Assembly: GCA_011364905.1 (NCBI GenBank) | Contig: RDNZ01000008.1 | Location: 16,923-80,922 of the forward strand | Source of the DNA: Candidatus Thorarchaeota archaeon | GTDB lineage: Archaea > Asgardarchaeota > Thorarchaeia > Thorarchaeales > Thorarchaeaceae | DNA: 64,000 nucleotides | Direction of reading: 5' to 3' | In this document: in pieces, positions 11,601 to 20,600 of the stretch | Position numbering within the stretch: the first letter of the stretch is position 1 | Layout of the letters: each line of letters starts with the position of its first letter | Notes under the pieces: model-generated | What the model was told of the DNA's origin: nothing | What the model saw: the letters and a program-made list of their open reading frames with translations, nothing else | Databases searched by the model: none | Made by a program: the position numbers and the translations under genes

Positions 11601-14600
11601 GAACATAAATGTCCAAACTCCGTACACGTCAAGCACTGAAGAGGGCACCATGACCTGTAAGCTTGTAGCAGTGACGTAGAAGAGTCTGTCCTGACCGAGT
11701 GAATCGGTCACACTTGAAAGAGTCCAATCTGAAGGTTTCATAAGTGTGAAATTCAGTGTACTCACACCTGGCGGGGGGCTAACTAAGACATTAGCTGTCC
11801 ATGATGCATCAGTGTCATTATTCACACTGAACGAAGAACCATATTCAAAGTTTGCATCGAGAGTTGAGTCAGAATGAGTCACATTGATTTTTAGTCTTGG
11901 AAGAATCTCAACAACTGAGTCTGAACTCGTGGCAAAGAGCAGTTTTGCCTTTTCTCCGAACTGCGTTGTCTGCTCAATACCTTTAGTCAGGAATCCTGAA
12001 GGATCATATTGGTTTGCATATTCTGTCTGAATCCAACCAGCCGATTTGTAACCATTGATTACTCTAAACTCATCAATGCCTCCTCGAAACGGAGTGCCTC
12101 CTCCTATTGTACCAATGACGAACATATTGCTATCGCTACGCAAAGAACCTCCAGTTCCCAAGGTGTTATCATTAAACGAGTCCAAAAGCACACCATCTAC
12201 AAAGCTATAGCCCCGGTACCGCCCATCCCCGCTGCTCTCATATTTAAAGACCACATAGTTCCAAGCTTGTCTCTTGACGAGCACACCTTGGAAAGCATCG
12301 TAGCCGTTGAAATGAACATCAACTTGGAAATTGGCATATCCAGGGACTCCAACATCGAATGTACGCGCCAGACTCATAGAAGTACCCTTATCGAATACTC
12401 TCCATTCGTTTGACCAGAACTCGGTATCAGTGGAGAAATTAAAGTAGATCCAGAATGAGAATTGCCAATCAGACCAGCCATCAAAGATGCTCTGACCGTC
12501 AACAAAGGAAATGTAGTTGCTCCCTACATTCTCGCTGTATCTGGCACCATCAATCATCCCGTTCGGCATATAGCTCGTTAAAGTTGGTTCTCCGCCGTGA
12601 CCATTGATGCTTGAATCCATCAAGTACGCTGCAGTGCCTGACTGTTCAGAGAGATGCCAGATACTTTCGTATCCTTGCCAAATATTGGCTGAATTCTCTA
12701 TTCTTTGAGGTTCAGGTGTTCCATATTGCATGCTGATTACGGTGTCCTCAGTTGCAGACAAATAGGGGACTTGAACCCACGCAATCAGGTGCGCGTGTGT
12801 ACCATTGTAATTCGGGTCAAATACTTCGACTTGATAGTCCAATGTTTCTGAGCCTGATACAAATCTAATGTCATCACCATCTGATCGAGCATGGCTTTTA
12901 AGATCGGCATCAAGAATGTCGACAAGAACAGGGAAGTTTTCAAGGTCCGCGCTGACCTTTGTATGGTCTATTGTCAGTTCTTTACTGTACTGTTGTACTG
13001 ATATTGTGTCTTCTTCCTGAGGTATCATAAAGTCAACATAGAGTCTTGCGAGGTTTCCTCCTCCATATGACCAAGTTCCCTTTATCGTGTTGTAGTCGCG
13101 ATAGTTATCTGAGAACATGTAGCCAATCATTAAACCAATGTAGTTGCCACTAGACCATCCCGAACGGGAAACCACTGCTTGGACAAGTGATGAAATGTCC
13201 GGTGACGCATATCGATAGTCAGCCGTCCAGTAATTTGGTGCCCAGTCAATGCTGTTCTCAATCCAGGGATACTGAACCTCCAAAGGATTAGCGCCAGTGG
13301 CAAATGGTGCCATATTGTCAGCTGCAGCCACCCATACTTTGAACGTGTTGTCATCCCCATCCGAACTATACTCACCTAGAGCCTCAATTTCCAATCTCGC
13401 AGATGTAATTACAGCTCCTCTTGGGATGTTTAATGGAAACTGCATTCCAGTTTGATACTTAATCACATCAGTCCAAGCTGTGCCACTTGAACTGTAGACT
13501 CCCACCTCTGGAGTTCCTGTAACACTTATTCCGGTATCAGAGCGACTGACACAGTCTCTGTTTGCCCCATCTGGTACAAAGGGCATGGTACTATCTGACA
13601 CGGTCCCTGTGATCACAGTCTGATTGGCATGAAGACCAACTTGTTCTGGGAAAGGCCTTACTGTGAATGTGGCCTCTATCTCATCTATATACACGAAGTT
13701 ATTAATATTGGATGGAGGTTGACCCGAAAAGTCTGTACTCAGACCAATTGACAATGGAACAGATCCCGGTACTGGAATACTTGAGAATACCGAGGCCGGT
13801 ACATCAACAAATCCCTGCAGCCACGTGTCGGTGGTATAGCCTGTATCAAATACGCCAAACCTGGCCTCATAGTTTCCGACCCTCACAAACAGATAAAACA
13901 TGCCATTCAATGTCTGACCACTTGGTACTCTATGATAGAATGATAGTCTGCAGGAGTACACCTCTCTCCATGGCAACTGGACCTGCTGACTTAGATATAT
14001 CTCCATGTTGGGATTAAGAGTCTTGGTTGTGTCAAATAGAACACTGGGTCTCCACCCCATAGAGCTCTCTCTCCCGGCTCCTGCTGATGTGTACCAATAG
14101 AGCCCTCCATGCCTAGGATGCGTTGTCGAGTCACCCTTTTTCACAAGTGACCAGCCATCAGGCAGATAGAATGTTTCTGAGTTCCATGTTGAGCCTGTTA
14201 TAATGTAACGTTCTGTATGGTAGTCATCAAGAAGTCCATTTGTCAATTGGGAAATTCGCGTAGAAATGTGCTCCATTGTTCCACTTAGAGCATTTGCAGT
14301 CCAGCCTTGAGGTGTGGCGATGGGAACTGATGCTGGCGTTGATGAGTCGAGCATGACAATAGGCTGTGTGGCATTAGAGAAGACGCCGCTAAAATTGATT
14401 GGTTGTGCTGCTCCTGTTGAACTATACTCTTGAGAACCCTCGGAAGGCTCAAACCAGTAAGGCGAGTTTTTGTTAATGACCTTTCCACTGGTCAAATCAG
14501 ACTGATTTGGAGTGAAACCTGCTGGAGAGCAAAACATTAGCAGGATGATACATGGGATTATGGCTCTGGAACACACTAGCTTCCATATCTTAGCGCGTTT

Positions 14601-14624
14601 CTTAGGGGAAGTACCTACTATCAT
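2679..14624 (-). CDS. Giant single-pass cell-surface protein A (3981 aa): signal/anchor, N-terminal beta domains, one DUF2341+LamG module, long Ig-like stalk, TM helix, about 410-aa cytoplasmic tail
   Basis: Uninterrupted 11.9 kb ORF; IDHTKVSADLENFPVLVDI...WHLSE...IDEFRV...WIQTEYANQ; repeated YGxNxT/GxYxI beta units; many NxS/T sequons; TM FVMTVGGAFIIFMILFGVLWV; SD GGAGGTGA at 14631-14638. Confidence 0.9.
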   Translation of the reverse strand: MIVGTSPKKRAKIWKLVCSRAIIPCIILLMFCSPAGFTPNQSDLTSGKVINKNSPYWFEPSEGSQEYSSTGAAQPINFSGVFSNATQPIVMLDSSTPASVPIATPQGWTANALSGTMEHISTRISQLTNGLLDDYHTERYIITGSTWNSETFYLPDGWSLVKKGDSTTHPRHGGLYWYTSAGAGRESSMGWRPSVLFDTTKTLNPNMEIYLSQQVQLPWREVYSCRLSFYHRVPSGQTLNGMFYLFVRVGNYEARFGVFDTGYTTDTWLQGFVDVPASVFSSIPVPGSVPLSIGLSTDFSGQPPSNINNFVYIDEIEATFTVRPFPEQVGLHANQTVITGTVSDSTMPFVPDGANRDCVSRSDTGISVTGTPEVGVYSSSGTAWTDVIKYQTGMQFPLNIPRGAVITSARLEIEALGEYSSDGDDNTFKVWVAAADNMAPFATGANPLEVQYPWIENSIDWAPNYWTADYRYASPDISSLVQAVVSRSGWSSGNYIGLMIGYMFSDNYRDYNTIKGTWSYGGGNLARLYVDFMIPQEEDTISVQQYSKELTIDHTKVSADLENFPVLVDILDADLKSHARSDGDDIRFVSGSETLDYQVEVFDPNYNGTHAHLIAWVQVPYLSATEDTVISMQYGTPEPQRIENSANIWQGYESIWHLSEQSGTAAYLMDSSINGHGGEPTLTSYMPNGMIDGARYSENVGSNYISFVDGQSIFDGWSDWQFSFWIYFNFSTDTEFWSNEWRVFDKGTSMSLARTFDVGVPGYANFQVDVHFNGYDAFQGVLVKRQAWNYVVFKYESSGDGRYRGYSFVDGVLLDSFNDNTLGTGGSLRSDSNMFVIGTIGGGTPFRGGIDEFRVINGYKSAGWIQTEYANQYDPSGFLTKGIEQTTQFGEKAKLLFATSSDSVVEILPRLKINVTHSDSTLDANFEYGSSFSVNNDTDASWTANVLVSPPPGVSTLNFTLMKPSDWTLSSVTDSLGQDRLFYVTATSLQVMVPSSVLDVYGVWTFMFSSSNEITNLECGANAGAYGNSVALQIGDSAKFRGTATMIPGSAMRLSLIDSSGQLFYSTDDLTQDGSGQFEWTGISVTSAWPNGLWEVHVDFNNTADSSPERVGRYSRLFTVKHASSLSLLSPTDAVGDGVAVRTAGDLLKVEVQLTNTETSQDVAGSKVAMNWSISGAETQIQLEDYGNGIYGKTLNTSDLNQPGNWRINIVSSHQYLIDATTFFDLELSRNTILSFKTPPSTPYGDDFSVKVELEDAITRAGYDGASFTSNGTINGVTDYNNGTYLVSLVSTGSSFGTHCYTINAVPAQSFVIGSSVDVVFRYREIKTDLVQIEVNPVSVPWGRNASITLNWLDTDHSDAGIIGGTLLGDGVFQYADLLDGRYSVQIEVDSYDVGVYLFNFTIDGTNYQPAQITVAVTVRPHRTTVVASYDGTISMGSNATVTLQLLDRDAGNAAISGNLSSVLAEWAGGSASFGSLQVLIDSQDWTLGTYVIDITILATTSPRYFYDGTTSILLRIQKLAVVLSWDDIDVFPIGDDFEITTHVTVNDSSSIYDDTPVNGLLQSHFIIRDKNGTVYTIKTFSAQPSGTYVLTLDHLYFAGGAYGIRVFLVFGISENYSNTQTPIISFQFTQAQSDLTSPDYPLLTISYSTNAIVTLEFVDLDRGIGIDTATVYVTGADILGQQLISSGRYRVTLNTSSWGIGTYSVTFEASALTYENKTISIDIQIRQIRTYATATISALEIPVGDSRTFYVDYTDMDHNLPIFTLNHNCSWTPAHFDIVWVANRYSITIHTYDSDALTSYLLVFDFAAGPEYEAATFNVTVVVRTITTELRLLSPVEDTTSDGTINVSVYYGDRDHLQGIASSDVLCTVWNTTHQLVVNWGNDSIRGDGYYTISIAASQFGGIGIQQLRVYFNWTGSIQKYENRYLSIVVEILGADTELTLIEAALPSPCLDYMVYTFLYSSPSTGGITNDTSNVFINVEFVGASVDLSIVDIWEIDSVNRKGEYSIGFNNSIVGGTGIFSMRVFINWSAGVVPFYTNRTDLISVRVLPRTASLSVIPPTNVPFGENATFSFTYEDTTGGLSSPIDYNPAVMTISLNVPDFTLTYSSLEGLYEVSFNTSQLGAPLGARTLVLNLAWSGLPFYSNVTGRNIGITIVERQTILTYPTPPATPYGNNVSFTVSYTDIAGSTSKAVLNTTIEVYVGVDLIPSNYIQVTDLGSGEYRVDLNTSYFSQPGLYSLRVEASSEQFYYQSRSGTKSLTVSPRSTLLTAEPVASVPYENSFSIVLHYQDLDTFLPIGNDTGIIVALEILNGTDWLFTCSWRPSHQNYLLTVETYNQPLELGRTYHLWLNFSSEFAAPFYDWNDILVPFEMKERDTSLDLISSPSQTLYQDYANFTILYKDASTSLGISGGTIYLHYGVVLLEPSIDYIINENSPGQYLISIDTSVLGIPGVKTIQVTANWSAGSPYYNEALRAINIPVTERPSNVEIVFPPGQTWYLDNVTLDFTFVDISTGARVLVSLNDITIFSGGILLASGEYVVQPIGSIFRLQINSTVIAANLVSSWNITIQVGWTGGAPYYKDDAVSIFVNTVGRVGTVELSQIEETPIGDLMSINLIYTDLRKRNGIEGATIVLDCVEVPGLAEGLDYWVQMGTGIDSGKYEILISTSSLGSIGVFTFSIEVQWSALVSPFYVNISSPEVHGVVRAIQTSVSSGLPSPSVVAFYEDVSFVIQFNDTDHAVPINGAEGQIIVRYEPSGLEPSSWTVQALGGGQYNIILSMMDSISAGLKTVNVTIAMSQYQTAQTAVVFGLRNRVAGLSADVAPANYAGYATSVMIYLVDSDDNDSPLAGATLDLTWSDSNSYDDLGNGSYNLTLQTVNLNYGSQILTVGANLLHYSINTLKVDINLLAVPSNLIIAWSGPRSTNEVYWGEPLTIFASLNDTLRNQTVSLATITFDWDGGVGPFIPSGVPGNYTAILDTSSGTVSDTIIVVIKGSAPNYIDATEQLVFRLLPRPMEVIPEGNNYVFTVSQGDAEEVIVYIGDSLDDSLVTEAYVSAWWDYEGNLTLTEIPSRPGYYRFLISTGSAGFGSYQIHVNAGKQNYADASTTLIMAISKIQMVVWFDNITAAYESNPINWSDVVRIGVYVLAPALNASYPFSTGLDGLFVTWNSPELAKNGTLTNGASIGGPGYYYYDFNTSIDITGLHTFIISANAPSDDYERADNSTSIFVKNLEAIIIQPGTGEFDWGWAGLVNVTYYDSYHAQGMEADTFTFSWAGGVGSASYLGEGVYGIPIDTATLRPGTYTIAMEFRKANYDNVETTIRIHIAPVPTDISILLPELYQIGDSWAHLQVPYGDILTITLLYNDTYAAMGIPDGIFNGSFYSGRGVYEEPLTLSDQGFGNYTFVFNTLDWDLDLTISFHIQLALENRTTAVFDFDIQIIEIQTNLEVMGPEVISLHWGMNTTFSIYYSDAWPGHPSEGITEAMITIDNKGPLFAKVEYLGPDESRQGYYLFRVTATDRTGVADVTIHFNKTYYVADDVALSISVSPSSEQLTQRFVMTVGGAFIIFMILFGVLWVRILRVPKIIRIISGQVRRLRRNKVPKPAKGMRSRQAIVAELFNELNEPIGIKRKASQLPAESIIIEVPEIDELIIDLAILTGMTQQELDDFKFEIAKMKMSQQTSFVREVIGQEAIRVAGVQNKSVEQVMDEVVEERRKRIGGAATVAKPDLYEDLEEDTEVSEEEETGLDFEHRLREIELAEMAEQLEKRGIPSHEIESFVTQARDLPKDVVQMLLEGFTPRKKPEIEEGEVEHLSEKELEDLRSELIKRKASEREIDSIMEQARELPRELALEFFKKPETKTKKKPRKKVDTLSDKEREDLRAELVRKKVPKQEIDAIIEEAKTAPREKIQAFLESIEDTELEVPIKEVEFEDRLSDLEIENLREQLEQRGLPQEEIASILKQAKNLPSALIDELLKSIDADLDAKK
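2705..3383 (-). repeat. Four copies of an about 45-aa three-helix repeat in the cytoplasmic tail of protein A
   Basis: LREIELAEMAEQLEKRGIPSHEIESFVTQARDLP; LSEKELEDLRSELIKRKASEREIDSIMEQARELP; LSDKEREDLRAELVRKKVPKQEIDAIIEEAKTAP; LSDLEIENLREQLEQRGLPQEEIASILKQAKNLP. Confidence 0.85.
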
Positions 14625-17600
14625 TCCTCTTCACCTCCTTTCCCGAGAATGCTTCTCAGGAGCTCCTCAGCTAGACTTCTTGGAAGTTCACGTGCTTGGT
14701 CCATGATTGTTTCAAGTTCGCTGCCCTTGATTCCAACACTCTCCAGTTTCTTGCGAATCTGTTTCAACTCATCTTCATCCAACATCTCTGCTGATTCGAC
14801 TTCTTCAAATTCCACTGGTTCTGGAATAGCTTCTTCAGGCTCTTCCACTTCTGGTGGAATGATCCTTTCTTCAAGTGGCTTGGATTCCACCACTACTTCA
14901 ATCTCTTCTCCAGCCAGAACAGCACGCGCCTTAGCGGCGGTTTCCTCCAAAATTACCTCCATCGGTTTTCGTTCTAATCGTGCCTGTTTGATGGCCTCTT
15001 GGTTGATTACCTCTTTGACAAAACTCACCTGTTCACTCAACTTCATCTTTGAAACATCAAGCTTGAAGTCTTCAAGTTCTTCAGGTGATAGCTTCGACAG
15101 GATTGATAGTTGAATGAGCAGTTCCTCAATTTCAGGAACATCACTGGCGATAGGTTCACTTGGCATACTGGATGCTATCTTTGTGATACCAATAGGTTCT
15201 GCAATATCATTGAATAAGTTTGCAACAATCTCTTGCCTACTTAGAACGCCATCTGGAGGCTTGGGTATTTTTCCCTTAGCAATAGTTCTTACCATTTTCC
15301 TGATAGCCCGTAGCTGCTTTGGCACACTAAATAGCCTGGTCCATAGTACTGCTCCAAGCAATAATATTGCACCAATTGGAACACCGAAGAGTATTGCTTG
15401 TTCAACAAGCAAATCAAACTCAGAGGGTTCGACTGAAACTGTTACCAACGCACTGATTGAAACATAATTGTCCTTGGATAGAATGATTGAAACTAGAGCT
15501 GTTCCTTCTGCTCTATTAGATCGCACTCTTATTTCATACCAGCCTGGTCTTGATGGATCGGACTGGTTTAGTGAAACGTCCACGAAGCGCGTATCTAGAC
15601 TTGTAGCATTTATTGACGCTCCTACTATGCTCGCATTCATATGACCTTCCCAAGTGTCATAGTAAAGTACCCAGATACTGAAGACTTGGCCATAGTTCAT
15701 GGTTACGGAACTTGGATCAATATATAGCGCTGTTGGGACATCAATTATCGTGAGATGAATATCCAGTGTTGCCCTACTCCAGTTGGTAAGGTGGAAGTTT
15801 AGAATCAATCTATATGGATCTGAACTAACCGTCCATCGTGTGGTGTCAATCAGCAGACTATAGTTGCCATTTGTGATTTCTTCGATAAGGAGATTGTCTC
15901 CATCAGGAACCGAAGAACCAAGAATCACACATTTCGTTTCGGTAGCACCCATAATCCCCCGATTATACCATGTGTCATTATAGAAAAGGGTGAGTGAGAT
16001 TGTGTCTCCATAAGGTATCTGAAGATTTAGAACATCATGGTCAATCTGATTTATCGTGGGTGCGAATGCAGCTATATCTGTTGGGACTTCTTTTACATTA
16101 AGTGTGAAAACGCCTGTTCCACTCTTGTAATTGTCCATCAGAAACCTCACAGAAACAGGATAAATTCCGGGACTAACTAGGGAGGCATTTATGAATACTT
16201 GATATGTTCCATTTGCTACATACGTGGATGTACTCTCACCACCATCCCATTCCACCAGTACTGTGGCTCCAGCTATTCCTCTATCAAACAAGAGGTCCCA
16301 GTATGTGATATCAACCCAACCAGTCCACCCCCAGATTTTTGGACTCAAGTATGTTGATTCGACTGATGTTTCAATGGGTTTTATTATCAAGGTTGTAAGA
16401 TTGCTAGAATACGCAAACATGCCGATATTGGGATAAGCTGTGATTCTAAGTGTGTAAGTAGAAACATCATAGTTCCAGGTTTCGAAATCGAAGTAGAAAT
16501 ATCCTGGTCCTTCCATTGACGTCCCATTGAGGAACTCTCCTGTAAAAGTGGTTCCCGAGAGTGACCATAGCACCGTGCAATTTGCCAAACCTGTTGAAAA
16601 TGGATCAGACTCGTTCAATGAAGGTGCAAGAACATATACTCCAATTCGAATTGTATCTGACCAGTTGAAGCTTTGACCACTGTAACTAGAGGTTAGCGCA
16701 TCAAGTTGTAGAACTGTGGCTATCTGTTTGACCTTAATGCTTGCAGGGGCTACTGAACGAAGATAGTTAGTTCCACTTGCTTCTATCGTAATGGAATACT
16801 GTCCAACAAGGAAGTCGTTTGTGTCAATGAAACAGGTATAGTACCCATCTTTTGCAGGGATTGGAGATAAGCTAATGCTCTGCGGTCCTTGTAAAACCCA
16901 TCTGACTGTGACAGTTGCTCCTAGTAGAGGTATGTTTCGATATGTGTTATTGACATAGACTGTCACATTTACAGGAGTGCCTTTAAACACCTCTTGTTGT
17001 GCGCTACTGATAATACTCACAGTGGTTGGCAGTTTTAGGACATTCACTATGACTTGCGAGGTATTAGTGACGTAGTTGTTGAATGTAGCTGTGATTGATA
17101 TGACATAGGTCGATGCTAGCACTAGATTGCCCGTATCTACTGTGACTGTGTAATTCCCTTGGTCAGATACGATTTCAGTAAGACTACCACTCAATGTACC
17201 AAACTGGTAAGTGAGTGTTGCTCCAGATATTACAGTGCCAGCTTTAGTGTCATTGAAGATTGCCCAGAATGATATGTCATCGCCCCAGTAGACATCTGGG
17301 ATTGTCTGAGGCAGAATGAGTCCAGTTGGTATGCGTTGGATTTCAACTGGTACAGAAATATCTGAGATGAAGTAGTCACTTCTTAATGCACCAACCATGA
17401 GTGTATAGAGACCCGCATCAAGACTAGATGTAGTGAGTGTAATGTTGTACTGGCCATTCCCAAGATTGGTATAGTATGGAGTATATCCGATGTCTGGCCA
17501 AGTGATTGATAGTGTGGCGTCACTAATGGGTGTGTTATTTGCATCTGTGTCAACAAGTTCTACGATAACAAAGGTGGTTTCGCTGTAGTATGGCTTCTGT

Positions 17601-20600
17601 GAAACCAGTTCATTCAGCTCTCCCTGCCGGAGTCTGATCTGAAATGGCACCTGCACTTGGACTGTCTGATAATCTGGTAACGCCAAGGTTATAATGAGTG
17701 CGTTGGTTACTGTTGTACCTGCATCATAACAATCCACGGTCAAATTGTATATTCCTGGTGATATCGGAGTTATGCTCCATATGTAAGGCCCAGAAGCATT
17801 CGTCTTATATTCCACCGAGAATAGGCTCTCGGCTCCACTAATAGGAACGAAATGGTCCAAATCTTGGAGATTCAAAATCACAGAAACATTGTCGTTTATC
17901 GGAACAGTGGATGGAACAGGTTCTTCATTTGTGAGCTGCAACTGTATTAGTCTGACAGACCCTTGGAGGAATATTGTTGTGGTGTTTCTGTAGTAAGGCG
18001 CAACTGTAGGATTCCAAAGCAAACGTAGAGAGAAGGTGAATGTGCCTATACTGCCAAGACTTGTGGTGTCAACAAAAATTGAATAATCGCCAGAATTCCG
18101 ATAAATCCAGAAATCTGTTCCTTCTGCAAGGCCACTTGGACTTAGACAGTCGAAAACTACAATTGCATCATTGATTCCTGCACCATTTGAATCATCAACA
18201 TAAGTGAAGTTGAGTGTCATATTATCATATATTGGGACAGTTGGTGTTGCTCCACGGATAACGATTCCGATTCTGTTTGCCACTGTTACCCATGAGGATG
18301 CACGTCCATCTGCATAATATGGTGCAACAGTGTTATGCCAATCTATGTAGAAGGTTATGTTCTGATTGTCAATTAATCCTGCAGCTAATACTGATGAGTT
18401 GATAGAGATCTCATAGCCAGATCCGAGATATACCATAGCGAAATCATTGCTTGATAGCAAGGTTCCCTCATTGTATATTAACAACTGATCCTTGCTAAAC
18501 TGGATTGCTTTACCTGATGTTTCATCACTATATCTAATGGTAAAAGTGACATTCTCTAAGAACTTGACTTGTGTTGTTGATGATACTATCTCAGTGATTG
18601 AGTTTCTCTCTGTTACAGTAAGTGTGAGGCTCAGAGTCGAAGTTGAATAATATGGTTCGTTATCAATCCACGATGCTCCTAGTTCAAGATTAACTGATGA
18701 TCCAGCTGGTCCCAGTACTGTAGTGTTGATTGAAATGTAATAGCTACCATCAAATGGACTAAGAAGTGAATAGTCTATACCTTCTACCAGGTTCGTTCCG
18801 CCAACTGCAAGAGTAATTGTGGCTCCAGCGATTCCGGCAGAGGACGATGAGTCTTGATAATACACAGCGAAGTCTACACTGTCCAAGTACTGAGTAGGTT
18901 CCGGAGATTCTGTGACCTCCAAGATGGTTGCTCGCTCCTGAAGAGTAAATGAAACAAAAGCTTCGGCCGAAAGATAGAATGGCGATGAATCCGGATAGCT
19001 AACCTGTATCCAAAGAACATACTCCTTGTTTATCTCAAGATTTTGATTATGAGTATCAATTGTGAGAAGATAGTCCTCTGGAGCCCCTCTCCAAACTGAA
19101 ACAAAGAACCATGAACTTCCATTTAGAATCCAAACTGTTGTCGGTGTTGAACTGTTGCCAATTTCAGATAGAGTCAACACATCACTGTAATGAAACACTA
19201 CCTGAAGGGAGTTGTTATATGCTGTTTCCTCAACGGGCTCTATGAGAAGGACTGTTAGTCTATATCGCAGACTAAGTGTTCGTGATGCAGTAACTATGTC
19301 ATAGTAGAAATGACTTGTACTCATCGCTACTGTGATTGTGTAAGTGCCTGGCTTCGTAAAGTAGGTCGTCTTGAGTTCAACGTCATACTCTCCATTGCCA
19401 AGTGGCATGAATGAGTATTCAGTCACAGGAATTGCTCCCGACCCATTGTACAAAGTAATGAAACCATCATCAATGGTTTGTGACTGCCCCGGCGTGATGT
19501 CATTGAATGTTAAATGTAGGGTTACATTATCGCCATACGCCGTGGGACTAATTGTTGAATAATCGAACTCTGTTTCACGGTATCTGACGCTAATGATGAC
19601 ATTTCTCCCTGTCAAATTAGCATAGAATGGCGCTCCAATCCAACTGACTCCTATTGTGAACTGACGCGTTCCGAGGGGGGCTCCCAGAATGCTAGTGTTG
19701 AATGAAACATGAAACTGTCTTGCAGATGTGTTGTAGGTGAGAGAGTAATCTGCCAGTCCAATAGTGACTCTCATCTGAGAACTGTTAGCAATACTATATG
19801 AGCCGCTTCCTGCAATATCATCAAATGAGAATGAAAATGTAGCATTGACTCCATAAGGAGTGCTTTCAGGTGGGACCAAATTAATCAAAGTGCTCCTCGG
19901 TATGACTCGAACTGACACCGTATCTGTCCAGTTACCATAGAATGGCTCCTGAGTTTCGGTCCAGTTCACATGTACAACCATTGTATACACTCCTGGTTCA
20001 GCAAAAATTGTGCTGTTGAACTCAATTGTATAGTGTCCTAGATTTCCGGAATCTTCTTTGATTGAAAACAAGGAAGGACTGAAAGACTGGCTAACAAACT
20101 CTACATAGATGAATACATTTCCTGCTGGCGCTGATACATTGGAAATGCCATTGCCACTGTATAGCTCACTATAGAAATAGGTGTAACTCAGATTCTCTAG
20201 ATATGGCGTTGGCTCAGCTGATACAATCAGTTCAAGATCAGATGCCTCGCCTACGATTCTAACAGAAGAAACTACGGAATTATCATAGAACTTCGGAACA
20301 GGCCCTGTCCAATTGAAATATACAGTGATATCATAAATTCCAGAGGTACCTAAGTTCGTGGCTGCAAAGCTGATTATGTAATACCCATTTCCCAAAGTTG
20401 TGTCATTCTTGAAGGTAGATGAAATCCATCCCGAATCCCCATATACAGACAAGTTGACAGGAGCGTCAATTATTCCTAAATCGTTGTCCAAGTCACCACA
20501 ATAGACGGAAATATTGACCATTGCATTGTAGCTTGTTGGTTCGGTAGCACTTGCGAGTCTGAACTCGGTTAGGTGTGTCCTTAGAATGATGCTTATGTTG